The notes under the pieces are model-generated. The model saw nothing but the letters and a program-made list of their open reading frames with translations. It was not told the DNA's origin and did no database searches. From the NCBI RefSeq assembly GCF_009914755.1, contig NC_060925.1: a DNA stretch of 64,000 nucleotides. One strand, given 5' to 3'. A program made the position numbers and the translations under genes. This stretch comes from the human T2T-CHM13v2.0 reference genome, Homo sapiens. This document shows positions 31,515 to 46,568 of this stretch, one piece after another. Each line of letters starts with the position of its first letter. Positions within the stretch are counted from its first letter, which is position 1.

Positions 31515-31609
31515 GTTGCCCAGGCTGATCTCAAACTCCTGTCCTCAACCCATCCTTCTGCCTTAGCCTGCAGTCTCTGGGATTACAGGCATGAGTGACC
31601 AAGCCTGGC
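31515..31609 (-). mobile_element. Partial FLAM/Alu monomer
   Basis: gttgcccaggctg..ctcaaactcct...gggattacaggcatgag. Confidence 0.75.
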
Positions 31610-31741
31610 TCTGTCTATGATTTTAATCATGGCCTTGTTCTTCCAGAAATCAGATTCAAAATTTTGGACTTTAATGTTCTTTTTCTCCTACATCTAATCC
31701 TTTAGAAATCCCTGAATTTATCTCTGTGATGTTTCCCATAG

Positions 31742-32113
<372 letters not shown>

Positions 32114-32227
32114 CACATTATATTCTTAATTGGGTTTATCATCTACCCTTCTCTTGATTCTCTCCATTATTGTTGGATACAATTTTCTAAGGAGAGGCAC
32201 GTCTTTTGTTTGCTTACAACCCTTGAG

Positions 32228-32725
32228 CTGAATATTTATTCTTTTTCCCCCTTCAGGTCTACTCCCTACCTTTCTCTGCCCTGCTCTGTCCCCTGGGAGG
32301 AGAACCTAGATAAACTGCATCCTTCCTTGGCTTCATTGCCTTCTGGCTTCCAGTTGCGTTCAGCCAATAGTGAGCTCTAGCAGGGCACTGGTGGGAGCAA
32401 GCCAGGAATTAAGCTGAGTATTTATTCCTCTGTCTGTCTCCTTGCTTGACCATAGGTTAGCTGTGCTCCTCCGCAGAAGGCCTTCCCTCATGTGCGGGGC
32501 CACTTTCTTACAGTTCTAGCTTTTCTCTGCGGCTTCCAGTAATGTTTCCTTCCTCTTTCCTGCTTCTCCTTCCTGCTTCAGTGATGGTAACTCTTCCTGC
32601 TGTTGCTGGCAGAATGTTTTCATTGTCTCTTGTTGGTGTCACTTACTCTGTCCACACCTTTGTGGACACATTAAATGCCACTCATCGATCCCATTTGAAT
32701 GTACTACTTTCTTCAAACCCCGACT
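32228..32725 (+). mobile_element. LTR33-like ERVL LTR
   Basis: ttctctgccctgctctgt..cc..ggagg...ttgccttctggcttccagttg..ttcagccaat...gtatttattcc. Confidence 0.65.
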
Positions 32726-32786
32726 GGAAGAAACCTTAAATGTCTTTTAATTACCCAGTAAGTATAGACTCCCAAGCTCAAGTTGA

Positions 32787-33443
<657 letters not shown>

Positions 33444-33728
33444 TAAGCTCTTTGGGGGCAGGGGCTATTATATCCCTGCATTGTTTTCTGCATGATCAAT
33501 GTTCAATAAATATGTGACAGATCTGGACAAATCACAGTGGCTATATTTAAAGATTCAGATTATTTGTGGGTAGGGCCAATGGTTCAAATCAGGCAGAATA
33601 TTTTAAAATTTCAAGTATTCTATTATACCTGAACAGGGGAAAATGCAACTTTGATTTACATAAAAGCAGATGACAAAGAAAAGTCAGGAATATCTTTTTC
33701 ATTATTCATTTACTTAAAAATATTTATT

Positions 33729-34030
33729 GGTCAATCACAGTGGCTCATGCCTGTAATCTCAGTGGTTTGGGAGGCCAAGGCAGGAGGATTGCTTGAGGTC
33801 AGGAGTTTGTCAGCAGCCTGGGCAATAAAGCCAGATCTCTATCTCTACAAAAAAATTAAAAAATCTTGCTGAGTAAAGTGACACACACCTGTAGTTCCAG
33901 CTACTAGGGAGGCTGAGGTGGGAAGATTGCTTAGCCCAGGACTTCTGGGCTATGGCGAGCTGTGATTGTGCCACTGCTCTCCAGGCAGGGTGACAGAGCG
34001 AGACTTGGTCTGTATTAAAAATAATAATAA
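33729..34030 (+). mobile_element. Alu (AluJ-type)
   Basis: Diverged dimeric Alu. Confidence 0.9.
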
Positions 34031-36151
34031 TACTAAAAATAGTTTACTGAATGTCTACTGTCTATCAGGTGCTTTCCTAAGCACTACAGAGTGCTTCCAT
34101 TGATGCCCAGCAATATGGTGTTAATTCTTTAAAAAAATTTGCAGAATATTAGAGAAAATTAGAATTTATGGTTAGTTATTCAATTGGTTATTTAATAATT
34201 TGATATCTTTGGGTGATTTCTAAATAAGCCTGACTTAATTCCAACAGTTACCAGGAAGTTAACAAAAATATAATAATTTTCTTACTATATATACTGTGAC
34301 ACCAATTGCAGCATAGCTAAGAATTTTCCTATGTTCCCAGAAATATATTATAATTTATAAGAGGATTATCTAGATTGTTTTGTTTTTGAGACTTAGCAGA
34401 GACAGAGGAGCCAACTGCTACATAAAAATAATGCCACAGGGAACACACACGATGGCATTTTAATTTATTGCTATCATTCTTACATAATAAATTTTGGATT
34501 CTTTTGTTTATCTGCTTGATACACAAAAACCTATTCTTGGGAGATTGAGGATCTTTTCTACTAAATAAGAGGACAAAAATGGCAAATTGAAACTATCTAC
34601 TTAGGTATTTTTTCTTCCATTATACCATCCTCCCAAAGTATTTCTTTGTTAGTGTTTTCACTCTGTGATGATCCTCTTCCCCCACCACTTTTTTTTTTTT
34701 TAAAGTAAACTATACTCTTGTGCTCTTGAAGAAAGAAAAGAGTAGACCAAACAGAACTGTTGCAAGATAAAGATCCTTATTTGGTCATAAAAATACCAAA
34801 ATGATGAAATATGTATTAATTAAATATTTAAAAAAGAACACAATTATGCTTTTCAGGTTCTTATACTCAGGAACTTTAATGAGTTAAATTTCAAGTGTGG
34901 GGAATTAGGTGACTAAAATAGCACGGAGACTCAGGAACAGCATGAAAGTGAAATTTATTGTTCATTTTTGCTCATTTAGAGTTACAAACTTCTTCTGAGT
35001 TCCTGGTCCTTGAAGAGCTGTTTTAGGCTGATCTGAGTCTCATGTGTCATATGTATTTCAGCACTGCTTTTTAACCAATAAAAATTAAAGATTCACTTCA
35101 GAGGAAGTTAATTTTATGATATTCTGTGGTTGACTGTCTTTAATGTTAGTTTCATAGAATGATACATTTTATTACTTTTTAAAAATAAATAAAGTAGAAA
35201 TAACCAAGGAATACAAAAATCTAAGGGGATGCAAAGCAGTGAATATTTCATATGAATCTCCCTAATTCTTAATCTTTCTACCAGGACTTCAAAAATCAGA
35301 ATACAAAATACATTGCTCTGCACTTGAGGAAACCTAGATCCCAAAGGTGAGATTGCATTTTCCACCTCCTACAACAAGATCTAACAACAAAAACTGAAAG
35401 AACTAGGTGGAGAAGCTTCCTGGATGCTTTTTCTCTGAAAATAATAAAGTTTAGTATTTGGTTTTGTTTCGTTTGATCTCCCCCTGAAGGATGTTGCTGA
35501 GGCATGTATGTTGAGTTTGACTGGCCTGAAGAGTTTTTGGGAGTGAAGGGAATAGTTGACTCTGGCAGACAAAGAAGAAAGTTGATATTAGGTTTAAACA
35601 TCGGATGCCTCAAACATTATTTAGCTCTAAACCTGGCAGCTTGTCCTTTCTCCAAGTTAAGTAACAGTACCAATGTCTGCTTGTTTCTGCTGAAATCTTT
35701 CTTCATGGGGATTTCTTCTGTGTTTGTGTTAGAAATTTGCATTGTGTTTAACCTGAGAAGTAATTCCCATAGGAGGTTTAAGATAGATATATTTGATAAA
35801 TAAACTTTAAGGCAGTAGAGTTTTCTATGCTAGTTAAATTGAAATGTTTCAGTTGTGTTTTTAGCTTATTTCTTTCTCTAACAAAATTTGACCATCTAAT
35901 TTTTCCCATTGTTTGGATATCAAATACCCATAATAAGATATGTCAGTTGTATAAGAAGAGGGAGCTTAGTTTATTATAAAGTGAGACTTTTTTCTTTTCA
36001 CACATTTCTAGCAAGAAGCAACTTGGCCTGCTAAACGCATACAGCAGGAGAAACGAGGACTTCTCTGCTGGGCTTGAAAACATTACAATGGATGTGTCAG
36101 GACTGTAGGCCTGGTGATTCAGTCCTTACTGCAGCAAATTTTATTGACAGT

Positions 36152-36215
36152 GTGATCCTCATGCCTTGGCCTCCCAAAGTGCTGGGATTACAGGTGTGAG
36201 CCATTGGGCCCTGCC
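36152..36215 (-). mobile_element. Short Alu 5' fragment
   Basis: gccttggcctcccaaagtgctgggattacaggtgtgagcca. Confidence 0.85.
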
Positions 36216-37109
36216 AGGATTTGTTAATTTTTTGATTTCTCAACTAGTGTTGGCAAGCTTGGAGTGGAAAGTATAAACTTTCAATTTTGTATTATAAAAT
36301 CTTGTTTTTATCAGTAGCACTCTCATGTCTTGGTTTCACTATTTACTTTGTCTCAGAAGCCCTAGATTGGGGCAGCTTGCTTCTTGACTGACATGCACAA
36401 TGTCAAAGGATATGACACCAGTCTGTCAGCAGAGCTCTAGCAGCTACCTCAACACCGTGACCATGTCTGCAGAGAATGCTCCAGCCTTGCCTGCTCATAC
36501 ACGTTAGTAACATGATACAGTCTTTTCCATCTGTACAGAAGAGCTAGAATATTCCACCAAAGTTGTGAAACATGAATCTAGCAAAAACAAACAAAAAAGA
36601 AGACAAAACACAAACCATAAACCTTGTGTGGTCTGGAAAAGGGAGAGGGGTTGGTGAGGTAGAGATAGAGCTGAACATGTGTGAAAGTCTCTGAGGAGGA
36701 GCCCTGTGTGCTCTCTGAATGAGGGGGATAGAATCCCAGGAAGTATGAGCATCTGTCCTGTAATCAATTTCTGCCTGAAACCACACAAGGAGGTGTTTCA
36801 TGATATCATGAGGATCCTATGCCGCTAAGAAAGAAGGACCATAAAATACAGCGTCAAAGGGAAAATGGTCTGTTGGAATTTTGATTGCCCTGAGGGGTGG
36901 CATGGAAGAGCTGCCAGTTTTTCCCATGTCCTTGAGAAGGGCACAGCTTTTAGGAGAGAGAGAGACAGAGAGTCCTGGTGGACCTGCGAAAGTCTCATAT
37001 TCTTGATGAGAGACACATAGAGGAAAAAGGTGTGGACCGTAAGACCAGAGATGTGTGGGAAGGGAAGGAACTCAGTGAATGCTTGTGTGGACCGTCTTCT
37101 GAGCACTGA

Positions 37110-37140
37110 GTGCGATCATAGTCTCACTAGATGGCAGCAG
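37110..37140 (+). promoter_or_regulatory. Candidate CTCF binding motif with an upstream module
   Basis: gtgcgatcatagtctCACTAGATGGCAGCAg: core CACTAGATGGCAGCA plus an upstream TGC.AT element. Confidence 0.5.
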
Positions 37141-37836
37141 AGTGTAGGTCCCAGGATATGAAGGGACGATCGGCTATCTCCCCTTTACCCCCAACCCCAC
37201 ATTTCCCACCACTGCTCCTTGCCATGACCCTTCTTCAGGAACTTCTATGCCATCTCTGGGAGAAAGGCAGAACGTGACCAACTAAATTGTTGTGTTTAAG
37301 CTGGAATGAATGAGTTTACTCTTAAAGCGGTACAATTTTGTTTTCTGCTTTTGAATGTATCCTGCGGCACCACCAACTCTTAGAATTGTGTAACGTCTAA
37401 TTCCTTAATAAATTCCCCACTTTATATCACTCATGGAGGTTCTGATTCTCTAATTGAACCCTGATGGTTCTAGGAGTTGAGGTTTGTAATGGTTCCATGA
37501 GAACAAAATCTTAAGGATGGTTATTGTGAATTGGTTCTGGATTATCTGGAATGGGTTCTTGGATGAGATTAAATTTATAGGCAGTAATAACTGTGTTTGC
37601 ATTGGTAAGGAGGACACTTGCTTATAGCATGCAATGGCAAAGCAGTTACTTATCATCTGCAGCCACCTGTAATCCAATGCCAGTATAAGGCAAAACTTTC
37701 ATTTTGAGCAGTCATAGACAGCTTCAGGTCCTTTCTCTTTAGGTGGGGAATTTAAAATCCTGAGCTTATAATTTTTTCCCTGAAGTTCTCCAGCTCCTCT
37801 GGAAGCAGCTAAGTCACTCCTTTATACTCTGTATAT

Positions 37837-37934
37837 TAGGGTGAGCAACGACCCTCGTTTGTCTACAACTGAGGGGGTTCTTCAGATGCTAAAACTGAGT
37901 AAGTCCCAGGTAAACGGGGATGAGTTGGTCACCT
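37837..37934. mobile_element. MER81-like hAT MITE
   Basis: Terminal inverted repeats tagggtgagcaac...gttggtcaccta; internal tgctaaaactg..aagtccc. Confidence 0.7.
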
Positions 37935-37974
37935 AACTTATATTCACTGAATTGTTTTATGACAGCATTGACTT

Positions 37975-38290
37975 GATTAGAGAAATCAGAGCCTTTGAGG
38001 ACTTGGCAGATGCAGGGACGATGATTCATACCATGTCCCCTCTTAATTTGTATCTTCAGCCTGTTCAGAAGACAGCCAGAGCTTGGAGAATAAAATTGGA
38101 TCACTGTAAACTTAACCTGTTGGTAACTCCAATTACAGCTATTTTTCTGGAGGAGATTTTGTTATTGGAGAAAACACTTTGTCCGGCACTTGGTATGCAA
38201 TTATTGACCTAGTGAATATTTTTTCTTTATACTTGTTAATAAAGACCATCAAAACCAATTTGCTTTGAGTTAGCACCTTCACTATCCTAC
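37975..38290 (+). mobile_element. ERVL-class pol (reverse transcriptase N-terminus) relic
   Basis: ORF reads DLADAG..I...SPLN....PVQKT...WR...D..KLN..VTPITA, matching HERV-L RT ([35 protein letters not shown]). Confidence 0.8.
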
Positions 38291-38473
38291 ACCAATTACC
38301 TATATCCGCTCTCCAGCCTTTTATCATCATTAGATCGATAAACTGTTTCCGTAAAGGACGAGATAATAGAATTTTAGGCTCTGCAGGCCTCATAAACTTT
38401 ACCTCATTTTCCTCCTCCTCCTTTATGTCCTCCTTCTTTTCCTTCTTCTGAATGCTTTAAAAGTGTAAAAACT

Positions 38474-38605
38474 GGCCGGGCATGGTGGCTCACACCTGTA
38501 ATCCCAGCACTTTGGGAGGCTGAGGCAGGCAGAACACCTGAGGTCAGGAGTTCAATACCAGCCTGGCCAACATGGTGAAACATCATCTCTATTAAAAAAA
38601 AAAAA
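38474..38605 (+). mobile_element. Alu left monomer only (AluS-type diagnostics)
   Basis: ggccgggcatggtggctc...cacctgaggtcaggagttc...cctggccaacatggtgaaa followed by A12; no right monomer. Confidence 0.9.
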
Positions 38606-38610
38606 GTGTA

Positions 38611-40685
38611 GTCTGGAAGCTGGCAGCCTTCTCAGTCGTCAGACTGGCGCTAGTGACATGGGAGTGGCTAATGCATCCTCTTGCCGTTCCCGGTGTTTGG
38701 GCCCTGCCTGTGACGGTGGGAAAAGAAAATGGCCTTGCTGTGCTACAACTGGGGCTGCGGTCAGCGCTTCGATCCTGAGACCGATTCCGATGATGCTTGC
38801 ACATACCACCCAGGTGTTCCAGTCTTTTATGATGCATTAAAGGGTTGGTCTTGCTGTAAGAGAAAAACAACGGATTTTTCTGATTTCTTAAGCATTGTAG
38901 GCTGTACCAAAGGTAGACATAATAGTGAGAAGCCACCTGAGCCAGTCAAACCTGAAGTCAAGACTACTGAGAAGAAGGAACTATCTGAATTGAAACCCAA
39001 ATTTCAGGAACACATAATTCAAGCCCCTAAGCCAGTAGAAGCAATAAAAATGCCAAGCCCAGATGAACCAATGACAAATTTGGAATTAAAAATATCTGCC
39101 TCTCTAAAACAAGCTCTTGATAAACTGTCATCAGGGAATGAAGAAGAAAGAAGAAGACAATGATGAAATTAAGACTGGGACCTCATGTAAGAATAGAGGG
39201 TGTTCAAAGACATATTGGGGTCTAGAAAGTCTAGAAGAAGTCTGTGTATATCATTCTGGAGTACCTATTTTCCATGAGGGAATGAAATACCTAAGCTGTT
39301 GTAGAAGAAAAACTTCTGATTTTAATACATTCTTAGCCCAAGAGGGCTGTACAACAGGGAAACACATGTGGACTAAAAAGGATGCTGGGGAAAAAGTTGT
39401 TCCATGTAGACATAACTGGCATCAGACTGGAGGTGAAGTTACCATTTCAACATATGCTAAAGATTCACAGAACTTAGTTGAGTAGAAGCAAATAGCACAT
39501 TGTTAAATGTGCACATTGTATTTGAAGGAGAGAAGGAATTTGATCAAAATGTGAAAATATGGGGTGTGATTGATGTAAAGTGAAGTTATGTAACTACGAC
39601 TGCAACAAAGATTGAGATCACTATGAGAAAAGCTGAGCCGATGCAGTGGGCAAGCCTTGAACTCCCTGCAGCGAAAAAGCAGGAAAAGCAAAAAGATGAC
39701 CCAACAGATTGAGTGGGAGGTGGGAGGAAGGCTATTACGTATTTAGAATTCTTAATACTGTGTGAAGTGGTGGCTTGCTGCTGTAATCTTTTGTTTTGTT
39801 GTTGTGTTACTGAATCTGGCATTTCAGGGTTAACATTAGGTTCTTAAAAGCCAAAGTCAGTTTGTCTTTTTCTGCCTCTCATCTTTCTTTTGTGTTATGT
39901 AACATTGATTATTCATTTCTCCTTACTGGTAGGAACCACAGTTGTGTCCTGTACTTGAAGAGGCTGGAAAATAGCCCATAACCATAATTGCAGTGTTTCT
40001 TTGTATTTCTCTGTTAAGTAGATACATATTAAGGAACATGTTTTTTACATCTTTCTATTATTACATAATTAGTAAAGCAAGATGAAATGTCAAATTTTAA
40101 TCAGTTTTTTTTATGGATTTATGTTCTTACAGTACTTGAAAATATTTAAGGAAGAGATGAAGCTCTGCAGTTTTTTTCTATGTGGGATGATTACATTTTA
40201 AGGAGAATTAATCCTGAGATAGTGAGGTAAGTAAAGGGGAATATATGAATTGTTTAACAAATTGGAATTTGTTTACACCTACTTTAATTTTTAAATTACG
40301 TCAAAACTTACATTACTTGCCAAGCAGTATGATATAAGAGTAGAGGAAACATAAATAAGAATACAGAGGCATCAATTTGGTTAAAATTCACCATTTTATA
40401 AGACTAAGCAATAATCCTAAAAATCTCTTTCCTGAATATTTAAATGTGTTTGCATGGTGTTATGACTAAATTGTTCCTGATTTAGAGACTAAACCCTCTT
40501 AAAACCTTTAACTAGTTAAATATAAAAAAATTATATGTATCTTGCTTCCCTGATGGAAAACTATATAAAATTGTAGACTTAAAAGGTTTGTGGAAATACA
40601 TTAGGATATCAGAAAACTAAATATATGGACTTGCTTTATGACTATCTATTACATGTCAAATAAAATAGCTTCTTTTGAAAAAAAA
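38611..40685 (+). pseudogene. CHORDC1P: Processed pseudogene of CHORDC1 (cysteine- and histidine-rich domain-containing protein 1 / morgana); CDS-homologous part 38729-39712
   Basis: Intronless. [42 protein letters not shown] (CHORD1), second CHORD and CS-domain sequence up to [20 protein letters not shown]. Frameshifts at ~39147 and ~39468; TGA at 39479 and 39581. Includes 5'UTR, ~960-nt 3'UTR, AATAAA at 40659, short poly(A) and TSD aaaagtgta. Confidence 0.97.
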
Positions 40686-41812
40686 GTGTAAAAACCATTC
40701 TTAGCTCCCAGATTGTACAGGAACAGGTTCTAGGCCAGATTTGGCCCATAGGTCATAGTCTGTCAATCCTTCTAGCCCACAAGTCAGAGAGGTAGCTAAT
40801 ATAACATCCAATTTACTGACAACTGGGATCTCAGAAGGATCAGCTTGCCTGAAGTTACACAGAGAGCCTGAGGTTACACAAATATATTATCTTGGATTTA
40901 AAAATGTTCCTATAAGGTTCCAAACCATTTACTCTTTCCATTGTGCTAATTCCTACCCAGACTTTCTCTTTCATGCTGATCGCTTTATTTTATTTTCACG
41001 GAGTGATCCTAGGAAACAATACAACTTGTTGACTGATTACTATTAGAGAGAGAATATCTCACCATCGATTTCACTAGAACTGAAATCATTGTATTTGACT
41101 GATATTTTCCACTATTTTGTTAATTAATTGAACAACTATTTATTGAAGATCTATCATCTTAGCGCTGTGGTAGGATTTGAAGCTATGACTGTGTATAAGA
41201 CAGACGTGTTCCCTCTGCTTATGGAGATTACTATCCGGCAGGGAAAATAGACTTTAAGCAAATAATTGAACAATGAAAGGCATTACAGTAGCGATAAATG
41301 CTCCAAAGAAGAAGTCAGGTTGCTGTGCATTACTAGTAATATTTCTATCTAATCAGTCAACTTATACCTTAAGGGGAGGGTGGATGGGGGAATGCAGTAC
41401 ATGAACTTGAGAAGAGGGGTTGGATTCAGGGAGGAAAAGTTTTAGCATTTGATTTACTGAATTACCTTACTGCTATCTATTCCATCCAGAAGCACTCAGC
41501 TGTTTTGAGTCAAGATGCCCAATGTTGAAAAGGGTAATTTAATATGATGATTGGACATTTTGCTCAGTGATTCTCCAACATTGGTGTAAGACTTTAGTAA
41601 AGGGCATGACTTATTAAATATGCTAGTTTCCATACCTCTTCCCAGAGATTCTGATTAAGGATAGGGCCCAGGAAAAAATATGCTTCGGTAGTAGGCAGTC
41701 CTTGATCTACACTTTTGATGAATAACTCCTCAAAATAGAAGGCAAAGGTATAATATTGGTCTTTGTTCCTTAGTTCCTCAAGTAGGAATGCAATAGCTAC
41801 CTCTTAGGACCA

Positions 41813-42114
41813 TTTTTTTTTTTTTAAATTTTTGGGACAGGGTCTTGCTTTGTTGCCCAGGCTGGAGTGCAGTGGCATGATCACAGCTCACTGCAATCTT
41901 GATCTCTCACCTCACGTGATCCTCCCACCTCAGCCTTCTGGGTAGCTGGGACTACAGGTGTGCGCCACTATGTCTGGCAAATTTGTTTACTTTTCATAGA
42001 AATGGGGGTCTCTCTATATTGCCCAGGCTGGTGTTGAACTCCTGGGCTTACGTAATCCTCCTGCCTTGGCCTCTCAAAATGCTGGGATTACAGGTGTGAG
42101 CCACCAGATCTGGC
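41813..42114 (-). mobile_element. Alu (AluJ-type)
   Basis: Antisense dimeric Alu; TSD-like aggaccat on both sides. Confidence 0.92.
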
Positions 42115-42157
42115 AGGACCATATTCTTAAGGGAGCCAGGTCCATCTCAGACCTTGA

Positions 42158-42465
<308 letters not shown>

Positions 42466-43024
42466 GGTCTTCATAGTCTTATTTGTCTCTTGCTGTTATA
42501 CGCCATACTCCTCCTCCCCTATTCTGACCTTTTGAGGTATGCTTGGGTTTTCACGTATTTTCTTGTCTTGATTCATGTTGTTTTTCTTCTTTCCAGTTTT
42601 GACTTTTGTTGAATGCTAGCTCCACTAGAAATGTTACCAAAGCAACGATAAGACAAAGCTGAATTTATTCTTACCATGGTAAGAAGAGCCCTGTATTGAT
42701 GGTGTCTTAGCATCACAGAGGAAGTGGGCCAAAGTCAGGTTATAGTTATGAGCGATTTAAAGTCTAGGTTAAGCCTGGGCTTTCAACATGGGGACTTGCT
42801 TAGAATTTGGTAAGGACATGGTATAACAGTTTAACACTGGTAGATTTTGAGGTGAGGGGTTTAGAGAGTCTGGAGAGGTAAACTCTTGTTTATGCTTTTT
42901 ATTGAAGAGTTGCTGTGTCTTTCATGAAATTCCTGGAATTAACAAAAAAGTTATTTTCAACTTTTAACTTTCTGAGCAAGAGTTTCCTGGAAGAGTAGAA
43001 TTATATCGATGACAACAGTGGAAC

Positions 43025-44058
<1,034 letters not shown>

Positions 44059-45274
44059 CACTTTCCTTCCCTCAGAAACAACAAATTACTCCCCAAATTT
44101 TTTATGCACACTTAGATATAGGAGATAGAAAGAATTTTTATAATAAGATTACATCCACTACTTCTTAAATTGAAAGTTTTGCATTTAAGCTCACATAATT
44201 TTAAAGAAAGAAAATGAAATAGGTAAAACCAAAGTAATTGCTAAATTTAAACGAGTGGTTCTCCACCAAAAGAGATACAAAATCGTATCTACGAGATACA
44301 AAATCCTTCTAGGGCTAACAATAAAAGACTATGAAAAAAGATTTTGGAGTCATATTTCTGTGATGTGTGTCATTTAAAAACATTATCTGTTATTTAGCTA
44401 TTAAGAAAATGAGAATATTTGTACTATTACATTTACCACCTCTGCCTTTTTTCTCCGGCCAGTCTTTTTTAGGTGAGTTACTGCTTTCATGTTTTTAAGC
44501 AAGTGACGTTTCGATTCTGTTCTGGAACCATGAGTCTTGTCATTAGTTGTTTCTCCACAGTTTTTCTAAGAATATTTTTATTTTGATTGGTCTACTGGTT
44601 AGGTTTCAATGTCAGGTAGTTTTTTTTCTGTCCAGAAAAATTCACAGATATTGTGTTCCTGAGGTCTTGCACATGTGAAGATATCTGTTACTTTTATATT
44701 TTAAGAACAACTTAGCAGCATATAAACTTGGGTTACATTTTCTCTAGACCTAGTAGACATTGAATTTCTTTCCTTCAGACACTTGCTCTGTTGCCTTCTA
44801 GACTCGAATACCATGAAGATGTCTGAGGTCAACTTGATATTGTTTTTTTCTTTGTAGTGGTTTGTTTTCTTCCCTTGGGTTACTGAAGTATTATTTCTTC
44901 GTCCTTGAAATTTAATAATTTAATTAGGCTATATTAGTTATTCTATGTTTTCATTTCATGCACTTAATCAGTAGTGTCTGGAAGCTTTTACTACTTTCGT
45001 CATCCCCACCCCGTTATAGTCATCAAAAAGAAAAAGTATATAGGAGACTCTTCTCAATTTGCAAAGCATATTAATATACATTGGAATGATGGATATTTAA
45101 AATGTGGCCAGCATTCCATAACTGAGTCATTCATTTAATTTCTGCTATGCATTTGCCAGATTCTCTTCTAGGCAAACTAGGAAGATAAAGTCCCTGTTCT
45201 CAAGTAGCATCTAAATTTATTGCACTGTCCACAGTTCATCACACACATTTTCCATATCATGGCTTTTTGGTAGG

Positions 45275-45790
45275 TGTAGTGCTCATCTGTCTTATTCTGG
45301 GGGTGGGGAGGGGCATTATCTTTGCACATATTGGAGACAATTCTATGCTATGTCTGACCCTCTAATGGAGGAGGCAGGATGCAGATTCCCAGACACCCTT
45401 GCAGCTACCACAGAGGCATGTGATACAGGCTTCGCTACTTATATGTATGAGAGTGAGAATTTGATGTGGAAGTGAGAGAGGAGGAGGAGGTTTTACTTGA
45501 TATTTCTGTTATTTTTCTGGCAGTGCTAGTGTTTGGCTATCTTTGGTGACCAAAGCAGAAACAGCAGCAATTTTTCATTAGTTCCAAGAGTGACTTTCTT
45601 TGGTACTTGGATTAGCAGCAGTAGTGGGGATTTAGTCATTGATAAAATTTACCAATTTTGTTGTGTTGTTTTGGACATTCTTCCTGGAAGATTAACCTTA
45701 TTCTGGTTTTCCAGGCCTTCCAAAATTCAGTCTTTTAATAAAATAATTTTTTGCATAATTGGGGGGATTCAGTTAAAAACCTGGATTAAT
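45275..45790 (+). mobile_element. LTR16-like ERVL LTR
   Basis: ttcccagacacccttgcagcta...ggcatgtga motif; ends ttttaataaa. Confidence 0.55.
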
Positions 45791-45834
45791 ACAGGATGCT
45801 TATGCAGTGTATTATTTTTGTGTCTAATATTTTT

Positions 45835-46568
45835 TTCTCAGAATTTCGAATATGATCTATTCCTAATTTGGGCATACATATTTATTTATATTTATTTTAG
45901 ATTTGTGGGGTGTAAGTGTAGGTTTGTTACATGGATATATTGTGTGACGCTGAGGTTTGGGCTTCAAATGAAACTGTCACCCAAATAGTGAATATATGCC
46001 CAATAATAGCTTTTCAATCCATTCTCCCTCCTTATTTCCCCCTTTGGTGTTCCCAGTGTCTATTGTTCCCATCTTTATGTCCATGTATACCTAACGTTTA
46101 TCTCTCACTTATGAGTGAGAACATGCAGTATTTGGTTTTCTGTTCCTGTGTTAATTTGCTTAAGAAAATGGCCTCCAACTGCATCTATATTGTTAAAATG
46201 GACATGATTTTCTTCTTTACGGCTGCATAATATTCCATGAGAGTTATGTACATTGTCTCAATCAAATCCGCCATTGACAGGTACCTAGGTTGATTCTACA
46301 TCTTTGCTATTGTGAATAGTGCTGCAATAAACATGAGAGTGCAGGTGTCTTTTTGGCAGAATGATTTATTTTCTTTTGGATATACACTCAGTAATGGGAT
46401 TGCTGGGTTGAATGGTACTTCTATTTTTGGTTCTTTGAGAAATCTCCAAACTGCTTCCCACAGGGTCTGAACTAATTTACATTCCCACCTGCAGTGTATA
46501 AGCATTCCCTTTTCTCCACAGCCTCACCAGCATGTGTTATTTTTTTGACTTCTTAATAATAGCCATTC
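45835..46568 (-). mobile_element. 5'-truncated L1PB-type element with a 16-bp TSD
   Basis: ggtttgttacatggatatattgtgtgacgctgaggtttgg L1PB 3'UTR; TSD tgtgtctaatattttt at 45819-45834 and 46569-46584. Confidence 0.9.

Larger units (their letters stand above)
38331..40772 (+). mobile_element. MER58B-like hAT element split by Alu and CHORDC1 retrocopy (arms ~38331-38472 and ~40682-40772)
   Basis: 5' arm gtaaagg..agataatagaattttaggct; 3' arm gtaaaaaccattcttagctc...ggccagatttggccca. Confidence 0.75.

Noticed and set aside
38729-39712. Functional CHORDC1 gene
   Set aside because: Intronless, with two frameshifts, two premature TGA codons, poly(A) and TSD: a processed pseudogene. The specific pseudogene number cannot be assigned from sequence alone
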